Translations under genes and position numbers: made by a program | Shown here: positions 46,545-56,256 of the stretch, piece after piece | Layout of the letters: every line of letters begins with the position of its first letter | Position numbering within the stretch: position 1 is the stretch's first letter | Origin: Oscillospiraceae bacterium | Lineage (GTDB): Bacteria > Bacillota > Clostridia > Lachnospirales > Lachnospiraceae | Reading direction: 5' to 3' | Assembly (NCBI GenBank): GCA_021771715.1 | Contig: JAETOO010000013.1 | Coordinates: 20,553-84,552, forward strand | DNA length: 64,000 nucleotides | The notes under the pieces: generated by a model | Databases searched by the model: none | The model's input: only the letters and a program-made list of their open reading frames with translations | What the model was told of the DNA's origin: nothing

Positions 46545-46580
46545 CAAAAAATGCTTCGGGATCATCCGAAGCATTTTTTG
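46545..46580. terminator. Bidirectional rho-independent terminator after glnN
   Basis: aaaaaa-atgcttcgg-gatcat-ccgaagcat-tttttt. Confidence 0.85.
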
Positions 46581-47128
46581 TTAGAAAAATTATAAAAGAA
46601 GAAAGGGAGGATGCCGGATCTTGGTGTCATCCGGCGTATTATGAAAAAGATTCGAATAAAATCTTGTAACCGTTTTGATGAGTCCAGTATAGAGCGGATA
46701 AGTGAAAAAAAAGTGATAGCTTCTTAAAAAATCATTGAATGAACTGTGAATAAATTATGAATGAGCCCGGAATTGAACACATTGTACATAAATGCGCGGC
46801 GCGAAAGCTGCAGAGCTACAATTCTGTCGAAAATAGAACTGCGTATTGTAAAATGAAGAAAATTCTGATACGCTTATTTTAGCTCATATTCCGTGCTATT
46901 GCACAAAACAACACTATGTAAGAGAAAAGGATTGTTGAAAACAGATAGAAAAACAGTGCTGCTTCTGCACGGCAGAAGGAAAAACGCAGGAGAAGAACAG
47001 AATGTTCCGAACAGACTCCTGACGAATCCTGCAATGTTTCCGTTGGAAATCATGGTGATGATCGCCATCCGCGCCGGCACCGTGGATGTACGGGGCGTGG
47101 CTGAGCATGAGCGAAGAGAAGGAATGAG

Positions 47129-48682
47129 ATGCAGAAGGGAAATGAGAAAATCAGATTTCGACTGAATATGCAGATTCTGGCGGACGGGCTGCAGGAAGTG
47201 TGGCCGGAGCTGACGTTTCGCCGCGGGGCGGATCAGGACACGCTCGAGGATGTGTGTTTTCTGACAGAGGGCATGCAGGTCTGCGAGAACTGTGTGTACC
47301 TTGTGAGGGAGGGAGCCGGCGGCGCATCCCGGGCGGGGGCGCACGGCGCGTTCGTCGTGGCCGGAGAGGTTCCGCCGCAGTTAGTTGGGCCGCAGGACTC
47401 GGTCATCCAGCTGCCCGCGCAGGCAGATCTGTTCCGGATCTTCGGGCGGTGCCAGGAGATTTTCCGGCGGAACCGGGAGTGGTCCGAGCAGATTTACGAG
47501 GTCATGATCCGCGGCGGCAGCGTGGACGATCTGTGCCGGATCAGCTACCCGTACTTTCAGAATCCGCTGTTCGTGCACGATGCGCAGCTGACCGTGATCT
47601 CCTGTCCCATCTGGCGGGAGGGCATGATCGACTGGGAGGAGGACAAGGAGACCGGGCTTCTGATGGCGCCTTTTGATTTGGTCAACGAGTTCAAGACGGA
47701 CAAAGAGTATGTGCACACCCTGTCGGTGCACGGCGCGGACATTTTTTCCGCCGATTTGAGGGGCTACCGGGATCTATATGTGAACATCTGGAACCACGCG
47801 GGCGGCTATGAGGGGCGGCTGGTGATCTGCGAGCTGGAGCACCCGCTGCTACCGGGGCAGGCACTGGCGGCGGAATTTCTGGCCGGGATGCTGCGGATTC
47901 TTCTGTCCGCGCGCAGCGCGCAGAACCCCACGTACAGCTATGTGCTGGACCAGACGTTTCTGGATCTGATTCACAGAGAGCCGGGGGCGGCCCGGAACCT
48001 GGAGCGGCGGATCGCGGTGAACGGATGGCATGTGGACGACAGCTATGTGTGCGTCCGCATCAACCGGGAGGAGCGGGATGTCGGGCTGACCTCGACGGGG
48101 AACATCTGCAGCTATATCGAGGCGCAGGTGATCGGGAGCAAGGCTTTCTGCGATGAGGACCGGATCTGCATCCTGGTGAACCTCTCCATAAACAGCGGCT
48201 ACACCTCGGACATCGCGTATGTGCTGCGGGAGGGGCTGTACAAGGCCGGTCTCAGCGAGGTGTTTCATGACCTGACGCAGCTTGCGGTGTACTACCGGCA
48301 GGCATCGATCGCCCTGAACTACTGCATTTCGAAAAATGACACGAACTGGTACCGGACGTTCGGGAGCATCGCGCTGGACTATTTTGCGGACCACTGCAGC
48401 CCGGACTTTGACAGCCGCTATTTCTGCGACGCGGCGCTGATCAAGCTCAGGGAGTTCGACGCGCGCAGCCACACCGAGCTCTACGAGACGCTCCGCGTCT
48501 ATCTGCTGAACGAGCGCAACACGGTGAAGACGTCGAACGAGCTGTATATCGGGAGAAGTACCTTATTTTACAGGCTGAAAAAGATCACGGAGATCACAGG
48601 TCTGGACACGGCGCATCTGTCGGATCCAAGGCGGAACCTGTATCTGCGCCTGTCTTTTTTTATCCAGGAGCGAAGTGGATAG
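47129..48682 (+). CDS. PucR-family transcriptional regulator
   Basis: C-terminal 'LYETLRVYLLNERNTVKTSNELYIGRSTLFYRLKKITEITGLD' is the PucR HTH. The alternative start at 47168 is not excluded. Confidence 0.8.
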   Translation: MQKGNEKIRFRLNMQILADGLQEVWPELTFRRGADQDTLEDVCFLTEGMQVCENCVYLVREGAGGASRAGAHGAFVVAGEVPPQLVGPQDSVIQLPAQADLFRIFGRCQEIFRRNREWSEQIYEVMIRGGSVDDLCRISYPYFQNPLFVHDAQLTVISCPIWREGMIDWEEDKETGLLMAPFDLVNEFKTDKEYVHTLSVHGADIFSADLRGYRDLYVNIWNHAGGYEGRLVICELEHPLLPGQALAAEFLAGMLRILLSARSAQNPTYSYVLDQTFLDLIHREPGAARNLERRIAVNGWHVDDSYVCVRINREERDVGLTSTGNICSYIEAQVIGSKAFCDEDRICILVNLSINSGYTSDIAYVLREGLYKAGLSEVFHDLTQLAVYYRQASIALNYCISKNDTNWYRTFGSIALDYFADHCSPDFDSRYFCDAALIKLREFDARSHTELYETLRVYLLNERNTVKTSNELYIGRSTLFYRLKKITEITGLDTAHLSDPRRNLYLRLSFFIQERSG

Positions 48683-48750
48683 CCCAGGAGGGCGTCCGGA
48701 GAACAAACTCCTAAAAAATATAGAAAAACAAAATCAGAGGAGGAATTACG

Positions 48751-49740
48751 ATGCTTACACCAAAACAGAACCTTTTAGAGACCATGCACGGCGGACACCC
48801 GGACCGGTTTGTGAACCAGTACGAGTTTATCAAAATTCTCCGCGGGACTCCGTTTGACATGCACAATCCTTCGCCGAAGTACGGCGAGCACAATGTGGTG
48901 AACGCGTGGGGCGTGACGCGCTCCTTCCCGGAGGGCACACCGGGGGCGTTCCCGGTGCACGATGCGGCGCACATTGTCTGCCCGGATATCACAGAGTGGA
49001 AGAGCTACGTCAAGGCGCCGCGGGTCAAGTACGAGGCCGCGGACTGGGAGCCGCTGATTCAGCAGGCGGAGGAGATCGACCGCAGCCAGTATTTCGTCTC
49101 CCCGATGCTCGCCCCGGGACTCTTTGAGCAGTGCCACTATCTGATGGAGATTCAGAACACGCTGATCAACTTCTACGAGGAGCCGGACGATATGAAGGAT
49201 CTGATCAAGTACCTCGCCGACTGGGAGATCCAGTACGCGGAGGAGATCTGCAAATACCTCAAGCCGGACGCGCTGTTCCACCACGATGACTGGGGCACGC
49301 AGATTTCCACGTTCATGTCCCCGGATATGTTCGAGGAGTTCTTCCTCGAGCCGTACAAGGAGGTCTACGGCTACTACAAGTCGCACGGCGTAGAGCTGAT
49401 CGTACACCACTCCGATTCGTACGCGGCGACGCTGGTTCCGTACATGATCGACATGGGCATCGACATCTGGCAGGGCGTCATGACGACGAACAACATCCCG
49501 GAGCTGATCAAACAGTACGGCGGAAAGATCACGTTCATGGGCGGCATCGACAGCGCGAAGGTAGACCATCCGGGCTGGACGCGCGAGGAAGTAAAGCGCG
49601 AAGTCACCCGCGCATGCCAGGAGTGCGGCAAACTGTACTTCATCCCCTGCGCATCCCAGGGCCTTGCGGGGAGCACCTTCCCAGGCGTCTACGAGACCCT
49701 GTCCGAGGAAATTGACCTCATGAGCAAAGAACTGTTCTGA
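48751..49740 (+). CDS. Uroporphyrinogen decarboxylase (URO-D) family protein, MtaA/CmuA-like
   Basis: 329 aa. The 'LTPKQNLLETMHGGHPDR' start and 'HHDDWGTQ...' 'IVHHSDSY' are typical of the URO-D-fold methyltransferase-like group. RBS agaggagg. Confidence 0.72.
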   Translation: MLTPKQNLLETMHGGHPDRFVNQYEFIKILRGTPFDMHNPSPKYGEHNVVNAWGVTRSFPEGTPGAFPVHDAAHIVCPDITEWKSYVKAPRVKYEAADWEPLIQQAEEIDRSQYFVSPMLAPGLFEQCHYLMEIQNTLINFYEEPDDMKDLIKYLADWEIQYAEEICKYLKPDALFHHDDWGTQISTFMSPDMFEEFFLEPYKEVYGYYKSHGVELIVHHSDSYAATLVPYMIDMGIDIWQGVMTTNNIPELIKQYGGKITFMGGIDSAKVDHPGWTREEVKREVTRACQECGKLYFIPCASQGLAGSTFPGVYETLSEEIDLMSKELF

Positions 49741-49960
49741 TGCCCTGAGCCGCCAGACTCTGCAAGAACAATTTTACAGAGGGTGCCGTGAAACTGCAGC
49801 CAGTTACAAGCTGCGCTGCATTTTACCGCCCCCTCTGCCACAATCCCACACTACGGCTATCTTTCCGCCAGCCACTGTCAGAGAAGATTGCAGGGCCGCC
49901 GGAATGCGACTATCGCGAGTCTTTACAAGTACTTAGGTCTCAGAAGGTCGGAGCATCTGT

Positions 49961-49988
49961 AAAAATCCTGCATTCCTGCAGGATTTTT
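49961..49988. terminator. Bidirectional terminator hairpin 1 inside the long IR
   Basis: aaaaatcctgca-ttcc-tgcaggattttt is perfectly symmetric. Confidence 0.75.
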
Positions 49989-50005
49989 AGCCGGCACTGT
50001 CCGAG

Positions 50006-50030
50006 CAAAATGTGCATCAGGCACATTTTG
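50006..50030. terminator. Bidirectional terminator hairpin 2 inside the long IR
   Basis: caaaatgtgc-atcag-gcacattttg. Confidence 0.7.
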
Positions 50031-50330
50031 TGAGTTGCCGGTGGCAGATGCGCAGACCTTCTGAGACCTTAGTACTTGTAGACGAGCGATTCGGAGCATT
50101 CCGGCGGCCCTGCAATCTTCTCGTCCGGTTCATCCAAACCGTCCCCCCACCATGAATTTGATTAGTACTTTTTCACAATACCGATTGATTTTTTTATTCA
50201 TATATATTAAAATGATACCAGTTCGGTAATTTTGAATAAAAATGTATTGGGAAAACAGTGCACTTTTGGCTGGTACGCATTTGGGGTATGCTATGCCAGG
50301 CCGATGAGAGGGTAAAAGGAGGATGGGATT

Positions 50331-51419
50331 GTGATTTCGAATCAGGTTTTACAGACCACACTGGACGGGCTGAAGGCGATCAGCAGAGTCGATCTCTGCG
50401 TGCTCGACACAGAAGGAATTATGCTGGCGACGACATTTCCGGAGGCAGAGAGCTTCCGCGATTCGGTTGTCTGCTTTGCGGATTCCCCGGCGGACAGCCA
50501 GGTGGTGTCAGGATGTCAGTTTTTCAAGGTGTTTGACGACCACCAGCTCGAGTATGTCCTGCTGGCGAACGGGAACAGCGACGACGTGCATATGGTGGGC
50601 CGGATGGCCGCATTTCAGCTGAAGAACCTGCTGGTCGCGTACAAGGAGCGGTTCGACAAGGACAACTTCATCAAGAACCTGCTGCTGGACAACCTGCTGC
50701 TCGTCGACATCTACAACCGCGCGAAGAAGCTTCACATCGACACGGAGGCGCGCCGCGTCGTGTTCATCCTTGAGATCAACAATGAGAAGGAGAACAATTC
50801 GCTCGAGACCGTGCGCGCGCTGTTCAGCGCGAAGTCCGGCGATTTCATCACGGCGGTGGACGAGAAGAGCATCATCGTGGTCAAGGAGCTCGGGCCGCAG
50901 GACGGCGCGGCGGAGATGGAGAAGATTGCCGAGATGATCCTGGACTCCCTCGGGGAGGAGAAGAAGAAGGAGGCGCTCGTCGCGTACGGCACCGTGGTCG
51001 GAGAGATCAAGGAGGTGTCGCGCTCGTACAAGGAGGCGCGCATGGCGCTCAACGTCGGCAAGATCTTTTTCGAGGAGCGGACGGTGATCGCGTACAGCTC
51101 GCTCGGCATCGGGCGGCTGATCTACCAGCTTCCGATCCCGCTGTGCAAGATGTTCATCCGCGAGATCTTCGACGGGAAGTCGCCGGATGACTTCGACGAG
51201 GAGACGCTGATCACGATCAACAAATTCTTTGAGAACAGCCTGAATGTCTCCGAGACCTCGCGTCAGCTCTACATCCACCGCAACACGCTGGTGTACCGCC
51301 TGGATAAGCTGCAGAAGTCGACTGGGCTGGATCTGCGGGTGTTCGAGGATGCGATCACGTTCAAGATCGCGCTGATGGTTGTGAAGTACATGAAGTATAT
51401 GGAGAACCAGGAGTACTGA
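50331..51419 (+). CDS. CdaR/PucR-family (sugar diacid regulator-like) transcriptional regulator
   Basis: C-terminal 'TINKFFENSLNVSETSRQLYIHRNTLVYRLDKLQKSTGLD' HTH. GTG start with RBS aaaggagga. Confidence 0.8.
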   Translation: MISNQVLQTTLDGLKAISRVDLCVLDTEGIMLATTFPEAESFRDSVVCFADSPADSQVVSGCQFFKVFDDHQLEYVLLANGNSDDVHMVGRMAAFQLKNLLVAYKERFDKDNFIKNLLLDNLLLVDIYNRAKKLHIDTEARRVVFILEINNEKENNSLETVRALFSAKSGDFITAVDEKSIIVVKELGPQDGAAEMEKIAEMILDSLGEEKKKEALVAYGTVVGEIKEVSRSYKEARMALNVGKIFFEERTVIAYSSLGIGRLIYQLPIPLCKMFIREIFDGKSPDDFDEETLITINKFFENSLNVSETSRQLYIHRNTLVYRLDKLQKSTGLDLRVFEDAITFKIALMVVKYMKYMENQEY

Positions 51420-51478
51420 TGCCGAAATCAGGGAAACCTGCACGTCTGCAGCTGAAAAATGGATAGTTTGTCTGCGAT

Positions 51479-51512
51479 TTGCCTACCATGTTACCAGTGG
51501 TAGGCAAAATTA
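51479..51512 (+). terminator. Hairpin after the CdaR-like gene
   Basis: Stem ttgcctacca / tggtaggcaa (10 bp) followed by a weak T-tract (aaattatttgt). Confidence 0.45.
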
Positions 51513-51602
51513 TTTGTACTGCGTTCGGCTTGCAAATTGGAGAGGATTATATTACAGTAGGAGGGTAAGAATTCAGAGAGAGATCAAAAAAGGAGGCATT
51601 GG

Positions 51603-52934
51603 ATGAACCGGTTGCCGGAAGACGAGACAGAATGTGAAAAAAGGAAAGAAGAGGAGCCGGAGCGCGAAGCGGCGGGGAACTTCGGAGCAGGGTTTGTGGC
51701 CGGCATGCTGGCCGCCCTGCTGATGGTTCTGCTGTTTTTGACCGGGTGGAATATAGCGAGGCGCCACGTCGCAGGGCAGAGGCAGGCCAGGCAGGAGTCA
51801 GAGGGCGGGGCGGAGATCCTGACGGATCCCGCGACGTTGCATAAGCTGGACGAGGTGCAAAGCCTGATCGAGGGGAACTACCTGGAGGAGGTGGACAGTG
51901 AGCTGCTGTCCGCGTACATGTTCAAGGGGATCGCGGCCGGGCTGGACGATGTGTATGCGAGCTACTATACAAAGGAGGAGCTGGAGTCAGTGCTCGACTC
52001 GAGCCGCGGCACGTACACGGGGATCGGTGTGGTGCTCTCGCAGAATGCCCAGACGAAGGAGATCGCCGTGGATGAGGTGTACCCGGGGACGCCGGCGGAT
52101 CTGGCCGGAATCCGGGAGGGAGATGTGCTCCAGAGCGTGGACGGGACGTACGTGCCCGGGATGGAGCTGAATGATCTGGTGGCGATCATCAAGGACCGGG
52201 AGGATTCCTTCTATATAGAAGTGTACCGGCCGGAGTCCGGGGAGGAGCTGATCTTCACGATCGAGCTGGGGGCAGTCGAGATCCCGGTGCTCACGTACGA
52301 GATGAAGGAGGACGGGATCGGCTACATCCGGCTCACCGAGTTCACGGAGAGCGCGGTGGAGAAATTTCAGGAGGCAGCCGGGGCGCTGCAGGAGCAGGGA
52401 ATGCGGGCGCTGATCGTGGATCTGCGCGACAATCCCGGCGGGCTGCTGACCTCGGTGTGCGGGATCCTCGATGAGGTGCTGCCGGAGGGGCTGCTTGTCT
52501 ACACGGAGGACAAGGACGGGAACCGCGAGGAGTACAGCTCGGACCGGGTCCGCACCGTCGACTGCGAGATCGCGGTGCTGGTCAACGGAGATTCGGCGAG
52601 CGCGTCGGAGATCTTTGCCGGGGCGATCCAGGACCGGGAGGCGGGCCTGGTCATCGGCACGACGACATACGGGAAAGGCGTCGTCCAGAAGACCTTTCCG
52701 TTGGACGACGGCTCCGCGTTCAAGATGACGGTGGAAACATACTACACACCGCTCGGCCAGGACATCGACGGCAACGGCATCACGCCGGATATCATCGTGG
52801 AGGACGCAGAAGGCGGGGAGACCAAGGAGGGCGCTTCGGCGGAAGCGGATGAGGAAGACCCGGATGGGACCGGATCGGAGCGTGTGGAAAACGACCCGGT
52901 GCTCGAGCGTGCGCTTGAGGAGCTGCGAAACTGA
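51603..52934 (+). CDS. S41-family C-terminal processing peptidase with PDZ domain
   Basis: N-terminal TM. 'GIGVVL...V...YPGTPADLAGIREGDVLQSVDG' is the PDZ domain. 'LIVDLRDNPGG', 'VLVNGDSASASEIFAGA' and 'GTTTYGKGVVQ' are S41 motifs. Confidence 0.88.
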   Translation: MNRLPEDETECEKRKEEEPEREAAGNFGAGFVAGMLAALLMVLLFLTGWNIARRHVAGQRQARQESEGGAEILTDPATLHKLDEVQSLIEGNYLEEVDSELLSAYMFKGIAAGLDDVYASYYTKEELESVLDSSRGTYTGIGVVLSQNAQTKEIAVDEVYPGTPADLAGIREGDVLQSVDGTYVPGMELNDLVAIIKDREDSFYIEVYRPESGEELIFTIELGAVEIPVLTYEMKEDGIGYIRLTEFTESAVEKFQEAAGALQEQGMRALIVDLRDNPGGLLTSVCGILDEVLPEGLLVYTEDKDGNREEYSSDRVRTVDCEIAVLVNGDSASASEIFAGAIQDREAGLVIGTTTYGKGVVQKTFPLDDGSAFKMTVETYYTPLGQDIDGNGITPDIIVEDAEGGETKEGASAEADEEDPDGTGSERVENDPVLERALEELRN

Positions 52935-53074
52935 GTGGAAATGACATCCCTTATAACACAAAAACGCTCCGCGCAGATGCGCGCATGCGCGAAGGAGGAT
53001 GGAACAGGTCGCAGACGACCGCGCCTGGCGCGGGAATGTGTGCGGAATATTCTTCTTAGGACAGGAGATTGGAT

Positions 53075-53815
53075 ATGGATAACAGATACGTATTTCGGGA
53101 AGTATTAAGTGAGATGGCGGCTGCGGCCGACCTGGCGGGCGGCGTGATCACGAAGGAGGAGGTGCGGGAGCGCCTCGCGGGTCTGCCGCTCTCGGAGGAG
53201 CACATGCAGATGATCTTCGGGTATCTGACGGAGCAGGGGATCCGCGTGCCGGACGACGATGCGGAGGCGGCAGAGCTGCCGGATGCGGACGAGAATCAGA
53301 GCCTGTCGCTCTACCTGGAGGAGCTGCAGCGCCTCGCGCAGGAGTCCGAGGTGGACGAGGCATCGCTGCTGCGCGAGGTGGCCGCGGGGAGCATGGCGGC
53401 CAAGGAACGGTTGATTGAGTGGTACTTGCCGCTGATCTGCCAGATGGCAGGGGAGTACGAGGGTGGGGAGATCCCGGCGGAGGATCTGATTCAGGAGGGG
53501 AATCTCGCGCTGCTTGCGGCGCTGGAGACGCTTCCCGCGAGCGCGAGTCCTGCCGCGCACCAGGCGCAGCTGCTGAACGCGATCAACGAAGCGATGGAGG
53601 CTGCGATCCGCGAGGGGACGGAGACGAAGAGGAGCAACGACGGGATCGTCAGCCGCGTGAACCATCTGAGCGAGGCCATCCGCAATCTGGAGGAGGAGCT
53701 CGAGCACAAGGTGTCGGCCGAGGAGCTCTCCGCCTACCTTGAGATGCCCGTATCGGAGATCGAGGACATCCTGCGCATGTCGGGCGACGAGATCCGCGAC
53801 CGCCTGGAGCAGTGA
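53075..53815 (+). CDS. Sigma-70-like protein with regions 1.2/2.1-2.2 and 3 only (no 2.3-2.4, no region 4)
   Basis: 'SLSLYLEELQRL' (1.2-like), 'AKERLIEWYLPLICQMAGEYEGGEIPAEDLIQEGNLALLAALE' (2.1-2.2-like) and 'VSAEELSAYLEMPVSEIEDILRM' (3.1-like). There is no 'YATWWIRQ'-type segment and the protein ends after region 3. The start could also be TTG 53069. Confidence 0.6.
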   Translation: MDNRYVFREVLSEMAAAADLAGGVITKEEVRERLAGLPLSEEHMQMIFGYLTEQGIRVPDDDAEAAELPDADENQSLSLYLEELQRLAQESEVDEASLLREVAAGSMAAKERLIEWYLPLICQMAGEYEGGEIPAEDLIQEGNLALLAALETLPASASPAAHQAQLLNAINEAMEAAIREGTETKRSNDGIVSRVNHLSEAIRNLEEELEHKVSAEELSAYLEMPVSEIEDILRMSGDEIRDRLEQ

Positions 53816-53890
53816 GGTGAGCGCGCAAAACAAACTCGACAACACTCCCGGATCGTGTTAAAATGGAAAAAACTGGATTGGAGGCAGGAC

Positions 53891-55327
53891 GTGAAAAAGA
53901 CAAAGATTATTTGTACAATGGGTCCGAATTCGGACAACGATGAGACGCTGCGGGCGCTCGTGGAGAGCGGAATGGATATCGCGCGGTTCAATTTCTCACA
54001 CGGAACACATGAAGAGCAGAAGGCGCGCATGGACCACCTCAAGCAGGTGAGGAGGGAGCTGCGCAGGCCGATCGCGATCCTGCTGGACACGAAGGGGCCG
54101 GAGATCCGCACCGGTGTGCTGGAGAACGGCGGAAAGGTAACACTCAGGGAGGGCGCAGAGTTTACGCTGACGGCGAGAGAGATCGCCGGGAATGAGACGA
54201 TTGTCAGCCAGACGTACCCGCAGCTCGCGCAGGACGTGAAGCCCGGGGACACGCTGCTGATCGACGACGGCCTGATCGGCCTTGCGGTGAAGGAGATCAG
54301 GGGAGACGACGTCGTCTGCCAGGTCGTGAACGGAGGAGAGCTCGGCCAGCGCAAGGGAATCAACGTGCCGAACGTCAAGGTGAACCTTCCGGGTATCACA
54401 GAGCGGGACAGGGAGGACATTCTGTTTGGCATCGAGCAGGGCATTGATTTTGTCGCGGCCTCCTTTGTGCGCAATGCGGATGCGGTCAAGGAGATCAAGG
54501 CGCTCCTGCGGGAGAACGGCGGCGAGCACATCGACGTGATCGCCAAGATCGAGAACGGGGAGGGCATCGCGAACATCGACAAGATTATCAACGCGGCGGA
54601 CGGGATCATGGTGGCCCGCGGCGACATGGGCGTCGAGATTCCGGCCTATGACGTGCCGCACGTGCAGAAGATGATCGTGCAGAAATGCAACCAGAAATAC
54701 AAGCCGGTGATCGTGGCGACGCAGATGCTCGACTCGATGATCCGCAATCCGCGCCCGACCAGAGCCGAGGTGACGGACGTCGCGAACGCGATCCGCGAGG
54801 GAACCGACGCGATCATGCTCTCCGGCGAGACGGCGATGGGCAAGTACCCGGTGGAGGCGCTGCGGATGATGGTCCAGATCGCCGAGTCGACCGAGCAGTA
54901 CCTGGACTACGACGTGCTGCCGGATTACCGCACGCTGCGCGGGGATGCGAACGTGTCGAACGCAGTCGGCGTCGCGGCCGTGCGCACGGCGACGAACGTG
55001 CAGGCAAAGTGCATCGTGACGCCGACGATGACGGGCCAGACGGCGCGGCTGATGTCGAACTTCCGGCCCGCGGTTCCGATCTACGCGGTGACGCCGAACG
55101 AGTGGGCGCAGCGGAAGCTGCAGCTGAGCTGGGGCGTGACGCCGCTCAAGGGCTACGAGGAGGACACGACGGAGCACATCCTTTCACACGCGATGTACGT
55201 CGTGAAGCGCGAGGGCTATGTCGAGGAGGGAGACATGGTGGTCTTCACCGCGGGCGACCCGGCGACGAACATCGTCAAGGGCAAGGGCGCCATGACGAAC
55301 ATGATGCACGTGATCCAGGCAAAGTAA
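53891..55327 (+). CDS. pyk: Pyruvate kinase
   Basis: 'KKTKIICTMGPNSD', 'ARFNFSHG', 'ILLDTKGPEIRTG', 'IAKIENGEGI', 'MVARGDMGVEIP' and 'TQMLDSM'. GTG 53891 with RBS ggagg. Confidence 0.92.
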   Translation: MKKTKIICTMGPNSDNDETLRALVESGMDIARFNFSHGTHEEQKARMDHLKQVRRELRRPIAILLDTKGPEIRTGVLENGGKVTLREGAEFTLTAREIAGNETIVSQTYPQLAQDVKPGDTLLIDDGLIGLAVKEIRGDDVVCQVVNGGELGQRKGINVPNVKVNLPGITERDREDILFGIEQGIDFVAASFVRNADAVKEIKALLRENGGEHIDVIAKIENGEGIANIDKIINAADGIMVARGDMGVEIPAYDVPHVQKMIVQKCNQKYKPVIVATQMLDSMIRNPRPTRAEVTDVANAIREGTDAIMLSGETAMGKYPVEALRMMVQIAESTEQYLDYDVLPDYRTLRGDANVSNAVGVAAVRTATNVQAKCIVTPTMTGQTARLMSNFRPAVPIYAVTPNEWAQRKLQLSWGVTPLKGYEEDTTEHILSHAMYVVKREGYVEEGDMVVFTAGDPATNIVKGKGAMTNMMHVIQAK

Positions 55328-55494
55328 GAAAAAATTAATAAAAAATTGATAGAAAATGAAACAGCTCCTGCTACACTGGAAAAGGAGTATGCGTCCTCAT
55401 CGCACTCCGGCTCCCGGCGGGGGCTGTTTTCCGGTTTCGACGTGCAAAGAGGGCGCTGCAAAGAGAACAGGAGAGATAAGGGAGGAGCAGACGC

Positions 55495-56190
55495 ATGTAT
55501 ACGATTCTGGTTTGTGACGATGAGAAGGAGATCGTGGACGCGATCGAGATTTATCTGGTGCAGGAGGGGTACCGTGTGCTGAAGGCGTACGACGGGCTCG
55601 AGGCGCTGGAGCTTTTGAAGACGCAGGAGGTTCACCTTCTGATCCTGGATGTGATGATGCCGAAGCTGGACGGCATTCACACGATGATGAAGATCCGCGA
55701 GACGAGCAGCGTCCCGATCATCGTCCTGTCCGCGAAATCGCAGGATACGGACAAGGTACTCGGGCTGAACCTCGGCGCCGACGACTACGTGGCAAAGCCG
55801 TTCAACCCGCTGGAGCTGCTCGCGCGCGTGAAGTCGCAGATCCGCCGCTACACGAATTTCGGGACATCAGAGCAGCAGGAGTCCGAGCAGATTTTTACGA
55901 CGGGCGGCCTCGTGATCAATGACGACCGCAAGGAGGTCACGGTCGACGGGGAGCCGGTGCGGCTGACGCGGATCGAGTACAACATCCTCCTGTTTCTGGT
56001 GCAGAATAAGGGAAAGGTGTTCTCGATCGACCAGATCTACGAGCAGATCTGGAAGGAGGAGGCGTACGGCGCGGACAATACCGTCACGGTACATATCCGG
56101 CACATCCGGGAGAAGATCGAGATCGACCCGAAGAACCCGAAGTATCTGAAGGTGATCTGGGGGATCGGGTACAAGGTAGAGAATCTGTAA
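55495..56190 (+). CDS. OmpR-family response regulator
   Basis: Receiver domain 'ILVCDDEKEI...LLILDVMMPKLDG...VLSAKS'. Winged helix 'LTRIEYNILLFLVQNKGKVFS...VHIRHIREKIE...IWGIGYKV'. Confidence 0.92.
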   Translation: MYTILVCDDEKEIVDAIEIYLVQEGYRVLKAYDGLEALELLKTQEVHLLILDVMMPKLDGIHTMMKIRETSSVPIIVLSAKSQDTDKVLGLNLGADDYVAKPFNPLELLARVKSQIRRYTNFGTSEQQESEQIFTTGGLVINDDRKEVTVDGEPVRLTRIEYNILLFLVQNKGKVFSIDQIYEQIWKEEAYGADNTVTVHIRHIREKIEIDPKNPKYLKVIWGIGYKVENL

Positions 56191-56256
56191 CCGTCCGTCA
56201 GGCTGTTTCGTTTCCAGAGCCCCTGACCGGGGCATACCGGTTGACAAGGAGAGGTC

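Larger units (their letters stand above)
49881..50122. repeat. Long imperfect inverted repeat (arms 49881-49959 and 50045-50122) enclosing two terminator hairpins
   Basis: The outer 27 nt (gagaagattgcagggccgccggaatgc) are perfectly complementary. The inner ~35 nt (acaagtac..aggtctcagaaggtc..gcatctg) have 3 mismatches. The central ~17 nt diverge. The spacer is 85 nt. Confidence 0.9.
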
